A stretch of 64,000 bases of DNA, taken from assembly GCA_965219955.1 (NCBI GenBank), contig OZ244799.1, positions 1,024,001 through 1,088,000 on the forward strand. The letters run 5' to 3'. The stretch is from a bacterium. Its GTDB lineage: Bacteria > UBA8248. Below, piece by piece: positions 1 to 9,440 of the stretch (positions are counted from its first letter, which is position 1; each line of letters starts with the position of its first letter). The notes beneath the pieces are model-generated. The model ran no database searches. It saw only the letters and a program-made list of their open reading frames with translations, and was not told the DNA's origin. Made by a program: the position numbers and the translations under genes.

Positions 1-64
1 CGACGCCTTCGCGAACGTCGAGTTTCAGCAATCATCGGGATTTTCATTTTCAAGGAGAAACAAC

Positions 65-1099
65 ATGTCGTTCGAACCCGTGCGCGTCGCCTCGATGGGG
101 CTGGGCCGCTGGGCCAACGTGCTCGCCGACGCCGCTCTGCGCGGAGGTAAAATCAGACTCGTTTCGTGCTTCAGCCGCACCGCGGAAAAGCGCCGCGATT
201 TCATGGAGCGCTACGGCGCGCGCGAGGCGGAGAGCCTGGACGCGCTCTTGAACGACGATGAAATCGAGGCCGTCATCCTCACGACGCCCAACCACAACCA
301 CAAGGAACACATCGAGGCCCTGGCCGCCGCGGGCAAGCACGTCTATTGCGAAAAGCCCATCGCGCACAATCTGGAGCACTCGCGGGCCATCGTGGACGCC
401 GTCGAGGGCGCGGGCGTGAAGCTGGCGGTGGGCCACAGCGCGCGGCGCCTGGCCGTCTCGCGCCGCATGAAGGAGCTGATCGAGGCGGGCGAGATCGGAA
501 AAATCTCGATGAGCGAGAGCAATTTCTGCACCGAGCGGGGGCTGGAACTCACGCCCGACAGGTGGCGCTCGAGCAGGGAACTCAACCCCACGGGCGTCGT
601 CATCCAGCTCTCCATCCACCACATCGACACGTTCCGCTACCTGCACGGGCCGATCAGGAGCGTCACCGCCAAGTTAAAGCGCGCCTACGCGACCGAGGAC
701 GTGGACGACACCTCGATGATGATCCTGGAGCACGAGAGCGGGGCGCTCTCCTACGTCGGCGGCGGCTGGGCGTGTCCCTGGGCGTTTCACATGAACGTGC
801 ACGGCACGAAGGGCGTCGCGCACTTCCGCATCACCGGCCAGCAGTGGCGCGACCCATCGAAGGCGTTCGAACCCATCCGCCTGCGCATAGACCGCGACCC
901 GCTGGGCGAGGACGCCGTATACGACATGCCCGAGGGCGATATGTTCCGCGACGCGCTGGAGGATTTCGCCGACTGCGTGCGCGGGGACCGCACGCCCGAG
1001 GTCGACGGACGCGTCGCGCATGAGAACCTGGCCGTCGTCTACGCGGCGGACGCGAGCTCGCGCACGGGCCGGACGGTGGAGGTTAAGGATTATTTGTGA
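65..1099 (+). CDS. Gfo/Idh/MocA family oxidoreductase
   Basis: N-terminal GLGRW Rossmann motif, GKHVYCEKP motif, IHHID; AAGGAG RBS upstream. Confidence 0.92.
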   Translation: MSFEPVRVASMGLGRWANVLADAALRGGKIRLVSCFSRTAEKRRDFMERYGAREAESLDALLNDDEIEAVILTTPNHNHKEHIEALAAAGKHVYCEKPIAHNLEHSRAIVDAVEGAGVKLAVGHSARRLAVSRRMKELIEAGEIGKISMSESNFCTERGLELTPDRWRSSRELNPTGVVIQLSIHHIDTFRYLHGPIRSVTAKLKRAYATEDVDDTSMMILEHESGALSYVGGGWACPWAFHMNVHGTKGVAHFRITGQQWRDPSKAFEPIRLRIDRDPLGEDAVYDMPEGDMFRDALEDFADCVRGDRTPEVDGRVAHENLAVVYAADASSRTGRTVEVKDYL

Positions 1100-1117
1100 G
1101 TGGGCCGGCGGGACAAA

Positions 1118-1565
1118 GGCTGTTGAAAAAGTCCCTCGATGCCGGAAAACCACCGTCATTCCGGCGAAAGCCGGAATCCATTTTCGCCTTTCGTCTTTGA
1201 TCGTTATTCCGGCGTTAGCCCCGCTCAGGACGGGAGAGAATGCGGAGTCCGGAGCCGATGAGGGCGGATACGTTCAGGCGTTTGATTGCGGCTTTGTCGA
1301 GCATGAATCAAGGCGAAAAGCAAAAGTCAAAATGGATTCCGTCGAACCCTTCCTCTGCGGTCGGCTCCGACACCGGAATGACGAACAAAACCACGCCGCC
1401 TCACCCTGAGTAGCCGCCGAAGGTAAAACGCGACTGAGAAAGGAGCGTTTGTATCGAAGGGCGCTCCCCTTCGGCAATCTCAGGCCAGGCTCCCGGCTCT
1501 CCCTCGTCCCTCGATACGGCGCGCAAGCGCGCCTACTCGGGATGAGGGGGTTTTTCAACAACCCC
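1118..1565. mobile_element. MITE-like unit with IS-type inverted ends carrying two REP doublets
   Basis: GGCTGTTGAAAAA at 1118-1130 and TTTTTCAACAACCCC at 1551-1565 enclose a GTCATTCCGGCGAAAGCCGGAATCCA doublet (1155-1180, 1333-1382) and a CCTGAGTAG-type doublet (about 1401-1547). Confidence 0.65.
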
Positions 1566-1585
1566 GGGCAAGGAGGGTTTGAACG

Positions 1586-1938
1586 CGCATTTCCCCGCAT
1601 TTGCCGGACGCTTTCCCCGCCGCTTCCGCGTTATGCTCCCACCGCCCGTTCATGCGGGCGGACCCGGTGACGCCACCGGGCCTTCACGGCCGGTTCGAGA
1701 CGGGAGAGGGTGTGCAAGCGATGAAATTTCCTGGAACCAGGACGGGAACCCTGAAATTCGAATTCCCGAACAATTCGATAAATATCGATAAATTTCTGAA
1801 AATGTTTATGGGTCAAACTAACGGAATATTATTCTATGAATTAGCAAGATGCCGAGATATGTTAAAGTAATACATTATGAATTTATCGAAATTTATCGAA
1901 TTAAAAAAGTTTTCCGGACCCCGCATTTGCCCGCATTT
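1586..1938. repeat. AT-rich element copy 1 with terminal direct repeats and internal 23-bp inverted repeat
   Basis: CGCATTT(C/G)CCCGCATTT at 1586 and 1922; inverted repeat 1772-1794/1880-1902; right end homologous to 61400-61583. Confidence 0.7.
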
Positions 1939-1954
1939 CCTCTCGGAAACTCCC

Positions 1955-2638
1955 CTAGTCATCCGGGTTGGGTTCGGGGAACTCCTCGGGCCAGTTGTCG
2001 ATGAGCGATTGCAGGTAGGCCTTCATCTTGTCGGGGTTCCCGCGCACGGATTTCCTGATCTTGTTCACCTCGCCCTCGTTCTCGATGGGGATGGCGAACG
2101 AGTCCATGAAGCGGTTCATCATGCCCTGCTTGCCGCTCATGAGGGACATCTCGACGATCTCGCCGTCGGTGAAGTGCCGCTTGACCTCTTCGAGCACGCC
2201 CGGGTCCTCGCGCGCGGTGTTTCGCGTAAAATGCTCCGCCCACAGGCAGGCGGCGCGTTCACGGGGGCTCAAAACCGGGGATGTCATGTAGTCGTCCGAG
2301 GCGATGGCCTCGATCTGCTCATCGGTGATTCCCGTCGCTTGACCAAGCGCGGTGTTGTGCGCGATTCAGTAGGCGCAGGCGTTGACGAAGCTCGTCTTCA
2401 AGACGACGATCTCCTTGATCCTGCACGTCAGCAGCCCGCCCATACCCTCGCGCTGGAGCGTGGCGTTGAAGGGGAGGTAGAAGCGCGCGATGTAGGGCGT
2501 GTTCGCCATCGCGAGCGCGGAATTGGGGATGCGGCCCAGAAACTCGCGCGTCGCCTCGAAAAAGCGCGCCGTATCGCCCGCCGCCTCATCGGGGTTCAGC
2601 AGCCGGATTTTGCTCGTCTCGCTTGCCTGGTTCGTCAT
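1955..2638 (-). CDS. AhpD/CMD-family peroxidase-like protein, probable selenoprotein (CxxU)
   Basis: ORFs 2366-2653 and 1955-2287 are in frame and separated only by TGA at 2366-2368; read-through gives VNACAYUIAHNTALG, matching the AhpD CxxC..H motif; start may be 2638 or 2653. Confidence 0.85.
2332..2352 (-). promoter_or_regulatory. candidate bacterial SECIS hairpin
   Basis: mRNA CCGCGCUU-GGUC-AAGCG-A-CGG begins 14 nt after the UGA; the GGUC apical loop resembles the E. coli fdhF SECIS loop. Confidence 0.6.
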
Positions 2639-2801
2639 GGTTGTCCTCTTCATGGGGTTCAGGATTTCGGGTGATTATAGAAGAACCCTCCGCCCTTGGG
2701 AATCGGGGAGGCTGCGCATTACGCCGAGCCCGGCTGTTCTGATAACATGGCGCGCATCTCGCGTGAATTGTACTTGCATACGAAACTGAAAGGAGGCCCG
2801 C

Positions 2802-3446
2802 ATGGCCGATTTTGACCTGGAAATGACCGACAAACTCCTCTCCACGACGCGCTCCGTTAGAAAGCGGCTCGATTTCGGTCGTGAAGTGCCGACGGAGGTC
2901 GTGATGGAATGCTTGGAACTCGGCCTTCAGGCCCCCACGGGCTCGAACCGGCAGGGCTGGCGCTGGCTCGTGGTGACGGATGAGGGTCTGCGCAAAGAGC
3001 TCGGACGGCTCTACCGCAAGGGAGGGGATGAATACCTCGCGCAGGGTCTGGCCCAGGCGCGCGAGAGTGGGGCTTCCCAGGACGAGCGGGTGTTCGATTC
3101 CGCCCTCTATCTGGCGGAAAACATCGAGCGCGCGCCCGTGCACGTGATCCCCTGCATCCAGAATTTCCTGCCCGAGAACCCGCCGAGGTTCATGTGGGCG
3201 GGCCTCATGGGTTCGATCATACCGGCTGTGTGGAGTTTTCAGCTGGCGCTGCGCTCGCGCGGACTGGGTTCGGTGTTCACCACGCTGCACCTGCGCTGCG
3301 AGGCGGAAGCGGCGGAACTGCTCGGCGTGCCGGATGAATTCATGCAGGCGGCGCTCATCCCGGTGGCTTATACGCTCGGGACGGACTTCAGGCCCGCCCG
3401 GCGGCGCCCGCTCGATGAGATCGTGCACGTGAACACCTGGGGTTGA
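2802..3446 (+). CDS. nitroreductase family protein
   Basis: TTRSVRKRL, QAPTGSNRQGW and LRSRGLGS motifs; AGGAGG RBS. Confidence 0.92.
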   Translation: MADFDLEMTDKLLSTTRSVRKRLDFGREVPTEVVMECLELGLQAPTGSNRQGWRWLVVTDEGLRKELGRLYRKGGDEYLAQGLAQARESGASQDERVFDSALYLAENIERAPVHVIPCIQNFLPENPPRFMWAGLMGSIIPAVWSFQLALRSRGLGSVFTTLHLRCEAEAAELLGVPDEFMQAALIPVAYTLGTDFRPARRRPLDEIVHVNTWG

Positions 3447-3482
3447 GGAGGGTTCGGTCAGAGTGCTCAAGTGTTTTTAAGC

Positions 3483-3557
3483 TGGTGACCCCTAGGGGAC
3501 TCGAACCCCTGTTACCGGCGTGAGAGGCCGGTGTCCTGACCGCTAGACGAAGGGGCC
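3483..3557 (-). tRNA. tRNA-Glu(CTC)
   Basis: Reverse complement GGCCCCTTCGTCTAGCGGTCAGGACACCGGCCTCTCACGCCGGTAACAGGGGTTCGAGTCCCCTAGGGGTCACCA folds as a cloverleaf with CTC anticodon, GTTCGA T-loop and encoded CCA. Confidence 0.97.
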
Positions 3558-3679
3558 ATGAAGCGGCGTCGCTCGTATCGCGCCAACAGGTGCGATGGCG
3601 AGAGACGGGAAGGGTAGTCCCATCGCTTTTTCCCGTCAAGCCTGTACGCAGGAACCATCCAGGTATTTTGACGGCCTCA

Positions 3680-4924
3680 TCAGCGAAAAGAACACGGTGG
3701 CAAGTTGCTCATCGAGGGATGGACGCGCCTTTTGCCCCTGTGCCGGAGGTCGAGGCTCATCTGCGTTGCGAGGACGGGTTCGGGCCCCAGGCGTTTTCCG
3801 CGAAGCGCGAGCCAGCCCGCCGCCGATTTGCGGATGCGACCCAGGCGCGTCAGATCCCTGAAATCGCGGATGTGCGCCTTTCTGCGCACTTCGACCAAGC
3901 GTTTCGCCCAGATGGGGCCGATGCCCGGCACGCGCATGAGCGTCCGGGGGTCGGCGGTCATGATCTCCACCGGAAACAGCGAGAGGTTTTTTCTCGCCCA
4001 CGTCGTCTTGGGGTCCTCATCGAGTGCCAGGTTGCCGTCTGCGGCGGGAATTTCATCGAGGCCGAACTCATATTCGCGCAGGAGGTGCTCCGCCTGATAG
4101 AGCCTGTGCTCGCGCGTCTTGGAGACCGACGGCACGCCGTCCATGGGGGTATCCTCCACGGGCTTGAAGGCGCTGAAATGGGTGTGGCGCAAAAGACCCT
4201 TCTTCTGGAGCGCGTGGGAGGCCGTGAGGACGTCCATGTCGCTCTCTCCGCTGGCGCCGACGATGAATTGGGTCGTCACGCCGTCGGCGATGAGGCCCGT
4301 TCTTTCGAAAAACGACTCGCGCGCCATCTTACCCGCGTATTCGAGGGCGGGTTTCAGGTCGGTTTCCAGGCTTTTTTCGGGCGCCATGGCGTGAAGTCCG
4401 CGCTGGGTGGCGGCTTCCAGGTTCACCGAGAGCCTCGTGGCGATTTGGGCGGCGCGGCCGAGTTGGGAGTCCTCCACACCGGGCAGCATTTTCAGGTGGA
4501 TATATCCGTGGAAGTGGTGCTTGAAGCGGAGGATTTCCGCCGTCGCGATCATCCTGTCCACGCCCGTGACGCCGCTGCCCGGAACCCCGCTGGTGAGAAA
4601 AAGCCCCTCGGCGCGGTTTCTTTTCTTTAACGCCATGAAGGTGTCGGCCAGCTCTTCGGGGCTGAAGGCGTAGCGCGGCATGTTGCGAGAGGCCCGCATG
4701 GGGCAGTAGTGGCAGTCGTAGCTGCATGCGTTGGTCATCATGGTGGAGAGAAGCGGCATGATGCGCCCGCCCTTGAAGGGGACGGGAAATATCGCCGGCG
4801 TGTCCGAAGCCAGGAATTTTCGGCGGTATTTGGGTTGTTTCCGAAAGCCGGGCGGGCCCTCCCTGTCGTCGAAGGATTGTCCGCCGAGGATGGCCAGTTT
4901 GTGGAGGGTTTTTTCCGTCACCAT
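3680..4924 (-). CDS. putative DNA modification/repair radical SAM protein with C-terminal helix-hairpin-helix
   Basis: CSYDCHYC motif, EGLFLTSG, GYIHLK, REHRLYQA, DPK, RVPGIG; resembles the TIGR03916-type family. Confidence 0.88.
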   Translation of the reverse strand: MVTEKTLHKLAILGGQSFDDREGPPGFRKQPKYRRKFLASDTPAIFPVPFKGGRIMPLLSTMMTNACSYDCHYCPMRASRNMPRYAFSPEELADTFMALKKRNRAEGLFLTSGVPGSGVTGVDRMIATAEILRFKHHFHGYIHLKMLPGVEDSQLGRAAQIATRLSVNLEAATQRGLHAMAPEKSLETDLKPALEYAGKMARESFFERTGLIADGVTTQFIVGASGESDMDVLTASHALQKKGLLRHTHFSAFKPVEDTPMDGVPSVSKTREHRLYQAEHLLREYEFGLDEIPAADGNLALDEDPKTTWARKNLSLFPVEIMTADPRTLMRVPGIGPIWAKRLVEVRRKAHIRDFRDLTRLGRIRKSAAGWLALRGKRLGPEPVLATQMSLDLRHRGKRRVHPSMSNLPPCSFR

Positions 4925-5190
4925 GGTCGTTCTCCCTGTATGAATTGGCGTGAGGGAGAAAATGTATACGAAAATAATACGAAAATCAAGGTATTTTTTA
5001 ATGAATGCGTAATGGGTTTATCTGTAGTTTTTTAGATGAATTATGTTGAAGTAACAGATGAAGAAAGACGGAAAAGGAAGAGCATTTTCTTTCGCTTTTT
5101 ATCTGTGCGTAGAATGCTGTTGTGAGATGGAATCGCGCCAGGGGGTGGCGTGCTGGATTCCCGGGAGTTAGGTGAGTATCTTCAGATACT

Positions 5191-6441
5191 TCAGGCGCCG
5201 TTTCCCCGCCAGGAAGCGCGCGCTCGCTTGAAAGCCTCGATATCCGGTGGAATGCGCCCCGGTAGCCCAAGGGCCTCGCCCGCGACTTCCGCCGCGTTCT
5301 TGCCCGTGCCCGTGCCGATGCAGACGATCACTTCATCGGCTTCCGGTCTTCTGGGCCGTTCGGCGCCCTCCATGAGGCTCGCGACGGACGCCGCGGAAGC
5401 AGGCTGGAGGAAAAGCCCCTCGCGTCCGGCGATGAGAAACTCCGCTTCCAGGTTCATCGAATCGTTCACGAGAACGCCGTGGCCCTCCGAGCGCCGCACG
5501 ACGCCTGCCACGCGCTCGCCCGCACCGGGGGAGGGGCTCGTGAGACCAGCGGATTTCGTTTGCACCTCGCCCCAGGGTTCGACCTTTCCGCCCGAGTGGA
5601 GCGCCCGGACGATGGGAGCGCAGCCGTCTACCTGCACGACGTCGATGGCGGGCATCCTGTCTATCCAGCCGAGAGCCAGCAGTTCGCGGAATCCCTGGTC
5701 CATCGCGAGGGCCATCGTGCCGCCCGCTGTGGGGCAGACGACGCGGTCGGGCGCGCGCCAGCCGAGTTTTTCGGCGATCTCGAAGGCCGCCGTCTTTTTC
5801 CCCTCGATCCTGTAGAGGTTCCGAGGCAGGGTGGCGTGCAGGCAGTCCAGTTCTTTCGACACCTCTTCGGCGAAGCGCCCGCCCGTGCCCTGATCGCCCT
5901 CGATGATGAGTGTGAACGCCCCGTATGCGCCGACCTGGAGACAATGGACTGCGGAGCTGTCGTCGCGCACGAAGCCGATGAACTCGATGCCGCCCCGCGC
6001 GCAGTAGGCGCTAAAACAGGCCGCCGCGTTGCCGGATGAGGGCAGGACGATGCGGTCGACCCCCACCTCCCTGCACTTGCTGATGGTGACCGACCCGCCC
6101 CTGTCCTTGAACGAGCCCGTGGGGTTTCTCGATTCATCCAGAATGTAGAGGTTTTGGTAGCCGAGCGTATTCCCGAGCCTCTCCGCGTGGATGAGGGGGG
6201 TATCGCCCTCCACGAGCGAGACCACGTTCTTTTCGTCCCGCACGGGCAGGAGTTCGCGCCAGCGCCAGATTCCGTGGGGTCTGCGGGCGATTTCGTCTCT
6301 ATCGACATGGTCCTTAATCCAATCGACGTCGTAGCTGCCCTGCAGGTTCCCGCCCGTGTCGGGGCAGGTGAAGGGGTGTTCCATGTCGTCCACGATTCGT
6401 CCGGATTCCAGGCTCAAGAGGCCTTTCAGCGCGCTGTGCAA
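5191..6441 (-). CDS. threonine synthase-like PLP enzyme
   Basis: NPTGSFKDRG PLP-lysine motif, SSGNAA, EGKKT, GTGTG. Confidence 0.85.
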   Translation of the reverse strand: MHSALKGLLSLESGRIVDDMEHPFTCPDTGGNLQGSYDVDWIKDHVDRDEIARRPHGIWRWRELLPVRDEKNVVSLVEGDTPLIHAERLGNTLGYQNLYILDESRNPTGSFKDRGGSVTISKCREVGVDRIVLPSSGNAAACFSAYCARGGIEFIGFVRDDSSAVHCLQVGAYGAFTLIIEGDQGTGGRFAEEVSKELDCLHATLPRNLYRIEGKKTAAFEIAEKLGWRAPDRVVCPTAGGTMALAMDQGFRELLALGWIDRMPAIDVVQVDGCAPIVRALHSGGKVEPWGEVQTKSAGLTSPSPGAGERVAGVVRRSEGHGVLVNDSMNLEAEFLIAGREGLFLQPASAASVASLMEGAERPRRPEADEVIVCIGTGTGKNAAEVAGEALGLPGRIPPDIEAFKRARASWRGNGA

Positions 6442-6484
6442 GTGCGGCTCTCCTTCATGGTATTTGATGCGTTGGCTGAAAAAT

Positions 6485-7855
6485 CTAGGCGATTCCTTCT
6501 TCCTTCATGGTCAGGACGCTCGCCTTGAAGGCGGCGAGGGTCTCCTCGATTACGTCGTCCGTATGGCAGGCGCCCACGAGGGCGCGCGCGCCGTTGAAAT
6601 CCACGCCGTGGAGGATCAGCGCCTGCCGGAGGGCGCGGCTTTTCTGCGCGTTCTTGGAATCGAGACGCCGCCAGTCGATCCCGCTCACGCCCTGATCCGC
6701 CCCGTCACGCGGTGGGGCGTCGGCGTCAAAGAAAATCTTCCAGTCGCTGTATTCGCCATACACCCGCCAGGCCACCGCTTCCTGGGCGAGAATCTCGTTC
6801 ATGCCGTATCTGAGCTTTTGCGCCTGCGCGTTCACCTCTTCGGTGGCTCGGCCATCGGCGAGGGAGGAGAGCATGGCGACGCCCGCGGCGGCGGAGATGG
6901 GGTTCGCGTTGAAGGTGCCGTGGTGGGCGATTTTCATCTGGCGGTTCATTTCGGGGTCCGGCTTGGTGGCGAGGTATTCCAGCACGTCCGCCCGGCCCAC
7001 GACGGCTCCACCCGGCAGGCCGCCCGCGAGTATCTTGGCGAGGCTCGTGAGGTCGGGCGTCACGCCATAGTGCGCCTGCGCCCCGCCCGGCGACACGCGA
7101 AAGCCCGTCACCACCTCATCGAAGACGAGGAGCGCGCCCGCCTTTTGCGTTTCCTCCCTGAGCGCGGCCACGAAATCCTTTTTCATCGGAATGGTGCCGA
7201 AGTGTCCGCCTGTCGGCTCCAGGATGAGCGCGGCGACATCGCCCGAGGCCAGCGCGCCTCGGACGGCTTCCAGATCACCCGGCGGACAGACGGTGACGAG
7301 GTCGGTCACGACTTCGAGTTGCCCCGCTTCGGGTTCGTTCGTGTAGGGGGCGCGCACGCCGATTTCGAGCCCCTCGTGCCAGCCGTGGAAGTGGCCCGCG
7401 AACTTTACGACACGCTTTCTGCCCGTAAAGGCGCGCGCGAGCCTGAGCGCCATGTGCGTCGCCTCGGTGCCCGAAGCCGTGAAGCGCACCCGCTCGGCGC
7501 ACGGCACGAGTCGCTGCACCCATTCGCCCCACTCCACCTCCGACTTGTGGCTCGCCCCGTAGTGCGAGCCCTTGAGAACGGCCTCGCTCACGGCCTCGCG
7601 GATATGGGGCGGGTTGTGCCCGTAGAGTAGCGCGCCGTGGCCCATCCAGTAGTCGATGTAGCGGTTGCCGTCCACGTCCCATTTGTAGGCGCCCTCGGCG
7701 CGCTCGACGTAGATGGGAAACGGCTGCATCCTGCGGTTGTCGTGCGTCACCCCGTCGGGGAAGACCTCTTGCGCCCGATCGTATAGCGCGCGCGAGGCGG
7801 GCAGGGATTCGGCGTAGGCGTCCGCGAGTTTCGGGGTGTCCGTGGGCTGCTGCAT
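6485..7855 (-). CDS. class III aminotransferase (glutamate-1-semialdehyde aminomutase-like)
   Basis: WDVDGNRYID, SGTEA, FDEVVTGFR, AKILAGGLP, GTFNANP. Confidence 0.9.
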   Translation of the reverse strand: MQQPTDTPKLADAYAESLPASRALYDRAQEVFPDGVTHDNRRMQPFPIYVERAEGAYKWDVDGNRYIDYWMGHGALLYGHNPPHIREAVSEAVLKGSHYGASHKSEVEWGEWVQRLVPCAERVRFTASGTEATHMALRLARAFTGRKRVVKFAGHFHGWHEGLEIGVRAPYTNEPEAGQLEVVTDLVTVCPPGDLEAVRGALASGDVAALILEPTGGHFGTIPMKKDFVAALREETQKAGALLVFDEVVTGFRVSPGGAQAHYGVTPDLTSLAKILAGGLPGGAVVGRADVLEYLATKPDPEMNRQMKIAHHGTFNANPISAAAGVAMLSSLADGRATEEVNAQAQKLRYGMNEILAQEAVAWRVYGEYSDWKIFFDADAPPRDGADQGVSGIDWRRLDSKNAQKSRALRQALILHGVDFNGARALVGACHTDDVIEETLAAFKASVLTMKEEGIA

Positions 7856-8025
7856 CGAAATCTCCAGGGAAGAGTTGAGTTTGGAATTTGTCCGGAACAA
7901 CGCTACGCCCAAGCACGCCCGAGCGTCAAGGCGGGGACGCCTCTTGTCAATCAGCCCCTAAATTGTCCATGATGCCGTGTTTCCGGTGTTGACGGCTCAA
8001 TTCTACTTCCACATGGGAGGTTCCT

Positions 8026-8964
8026 GTGCCCAGCTACGATCATGCCAAGGTATGGCTCAACGGAGAGGTGGTTCCGCCAGAGGAAGCCAAGATCAGCGTT
8101 TTCAGTCAGGCGGTCTTGAGAGGCTCGAGCGTGTACGAGGGGATTCGCGCCTATTGGAGCGAGGAGCGGAACAATCTGTTCCTCTGGAAGATGGACCCGC
8201 ACATCCGGCGGCTGTTCGATTCGATGCGCGTGATGCGGATGACGCCGCCCTATACGGCGGAGGAATTCAAGGCCGCCGTTATCGAGTGGATACGGGCGAA
8301 CGAGTTCAGGGAAGACCTTCACTTCCGCCTCAACGTGTATTTCGACGATTCGGGGCCTTTGGACATGAAGGGCTACGCGGCGGACGAGGTGGATACCTGC
8401 GTCTTCATCAGCGGGGGGCCGAACAGCAACCGCAAGCGCCAGGAGGGGGGCGTGAACCTGTGCGTGAGCAGTTGGCGGCGCATCTCGGACGATTCCGTGC
8501 CGCCGCGCGTCAAGGCATCGGCGAATTACCAGAATGGCAGGCTCGCGGGCGTCGAGGCCAGGATAAACGGGTATGACGACGCCCTCCTGCTGAACCGGAA
8601 CGGTACGGTGGCCGAAGGCACGGGCACGTGCATCATGATCGTCCGAGAGGGCAAGCTCATCACGCCGCCGGTGACGGCCTCGATTCTCGAGAGCATCACG
8701 CGCGACAGCGTGCTCGAGATGTTCGGCAGGCACATCGGCCCCGAACCCGTGGAGCGTCCGATGGACCGCACGGAGATCTACGTGGCCGATGAGGCGATGA
8801 TATGCGGCTCGGCCGCCGAGGTCGCGCCCGTGCTCTCGCTCGACCGCATCGAGGTGGGAGACGGAAAGCCGGGCGAAATCACGCGCAGGCTGCAGGAGAT
8901 CTTCTACGCCGCCGCCAGGGGCGTGGACGAGACCTACGAGAAGGACATCCTGCCTGTCTATTGA
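8026..8964 (+). CDS. branched-chain amino acid aminotransferase-like (class IV)
   Basis: YEGIRAY, KASANY, AEGTG, ILESITR; GGGAGG RBS before GTG. Confidence 0.9.
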   Translation: MPSYDHAKVWLNGEVVPPEEAKISVFSQAVLRGSSVYEGIRAYWSEERNNLFLWKMDPHIRRLFDSMRVMRMTPPYTAEEFKAAVIEWIRANEFREDLHFRLNVYFDDSGPLDMKGYAADEVDTCVFISGGPNSNRKRQEGGVNLCVSSWRRISDDSVPPRVKASANYQNGRLAGVEARINGYDDALLLNRNGTVAEGTGTCIMIVREGKLITPPVTASILESITRDSVLEMFGRHIGPEPVERPMDRTEIYVADEAMICGSAAEVAPVLSLDRIEVGDGKPGEITRRLQEIFYAAARGVDETYEKDILPVY

Positions 8965-8992
8965 TGAGGTTGTGAGGAGCCACCGGGAAAAA

Positions 8993-9403
8993 GGGTTGTT
9001 GAAAAACCCCGATTAACGAGGGTTTGACGCGCCCGATGAAAGGGCAAAAAACACGCCCCCCTGAGGTTGTTGAATAACCCCTCCTCGCTCGGAGTTGACC
9101 ACCGCCGCGTAGAGAAAGGTCGCGACGTGTTCTTAAGGCGCCTCCTCCCCGGTCGGCCCCAAACCTTCATCCTGAGTAGGCGCGCAAGCGCCGTATCGAA
9201 GGATGGGGGTCACGTCTCTCCGGCGGGGGCGAACTTCACCCTTCGACAGACTCAGGACAGGCCCCTTCGATACGCGGCTTCGCCGCTACTCAGGGTGAGG
9301 GGTGTCGGGGAACGGCGGAGCCTGTCCCGAGCGAAGTTGAGGGGCCGCTACTTAGGGTGAGGCGGATCGGCGCGTAGCGCAGGGCGGCTTTTTCAATAAT
9401 CCC
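8993..9403. mobile_element. MITE-like unit with CCTGAG-type REP cluster
   Basis: GGGTTGTTGAAAAA at 8993 (second end at 9064) and TTTTTCAATAATCCC at 9389; internal CATCCTGAGTAG / CTACTCAGG palindromes at 9164-9363. Confidence 0.6.
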
Positions 9404-9440
9404 CCCAAAGGACGGCTTTCAGACGCGGAACCGGCAAGTC

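Noticed and set aside
3483-3557. tRNA-Glu as an island attachment site
   Set aside because: No duplicated tRNA 3' end or integrase seen in the window.
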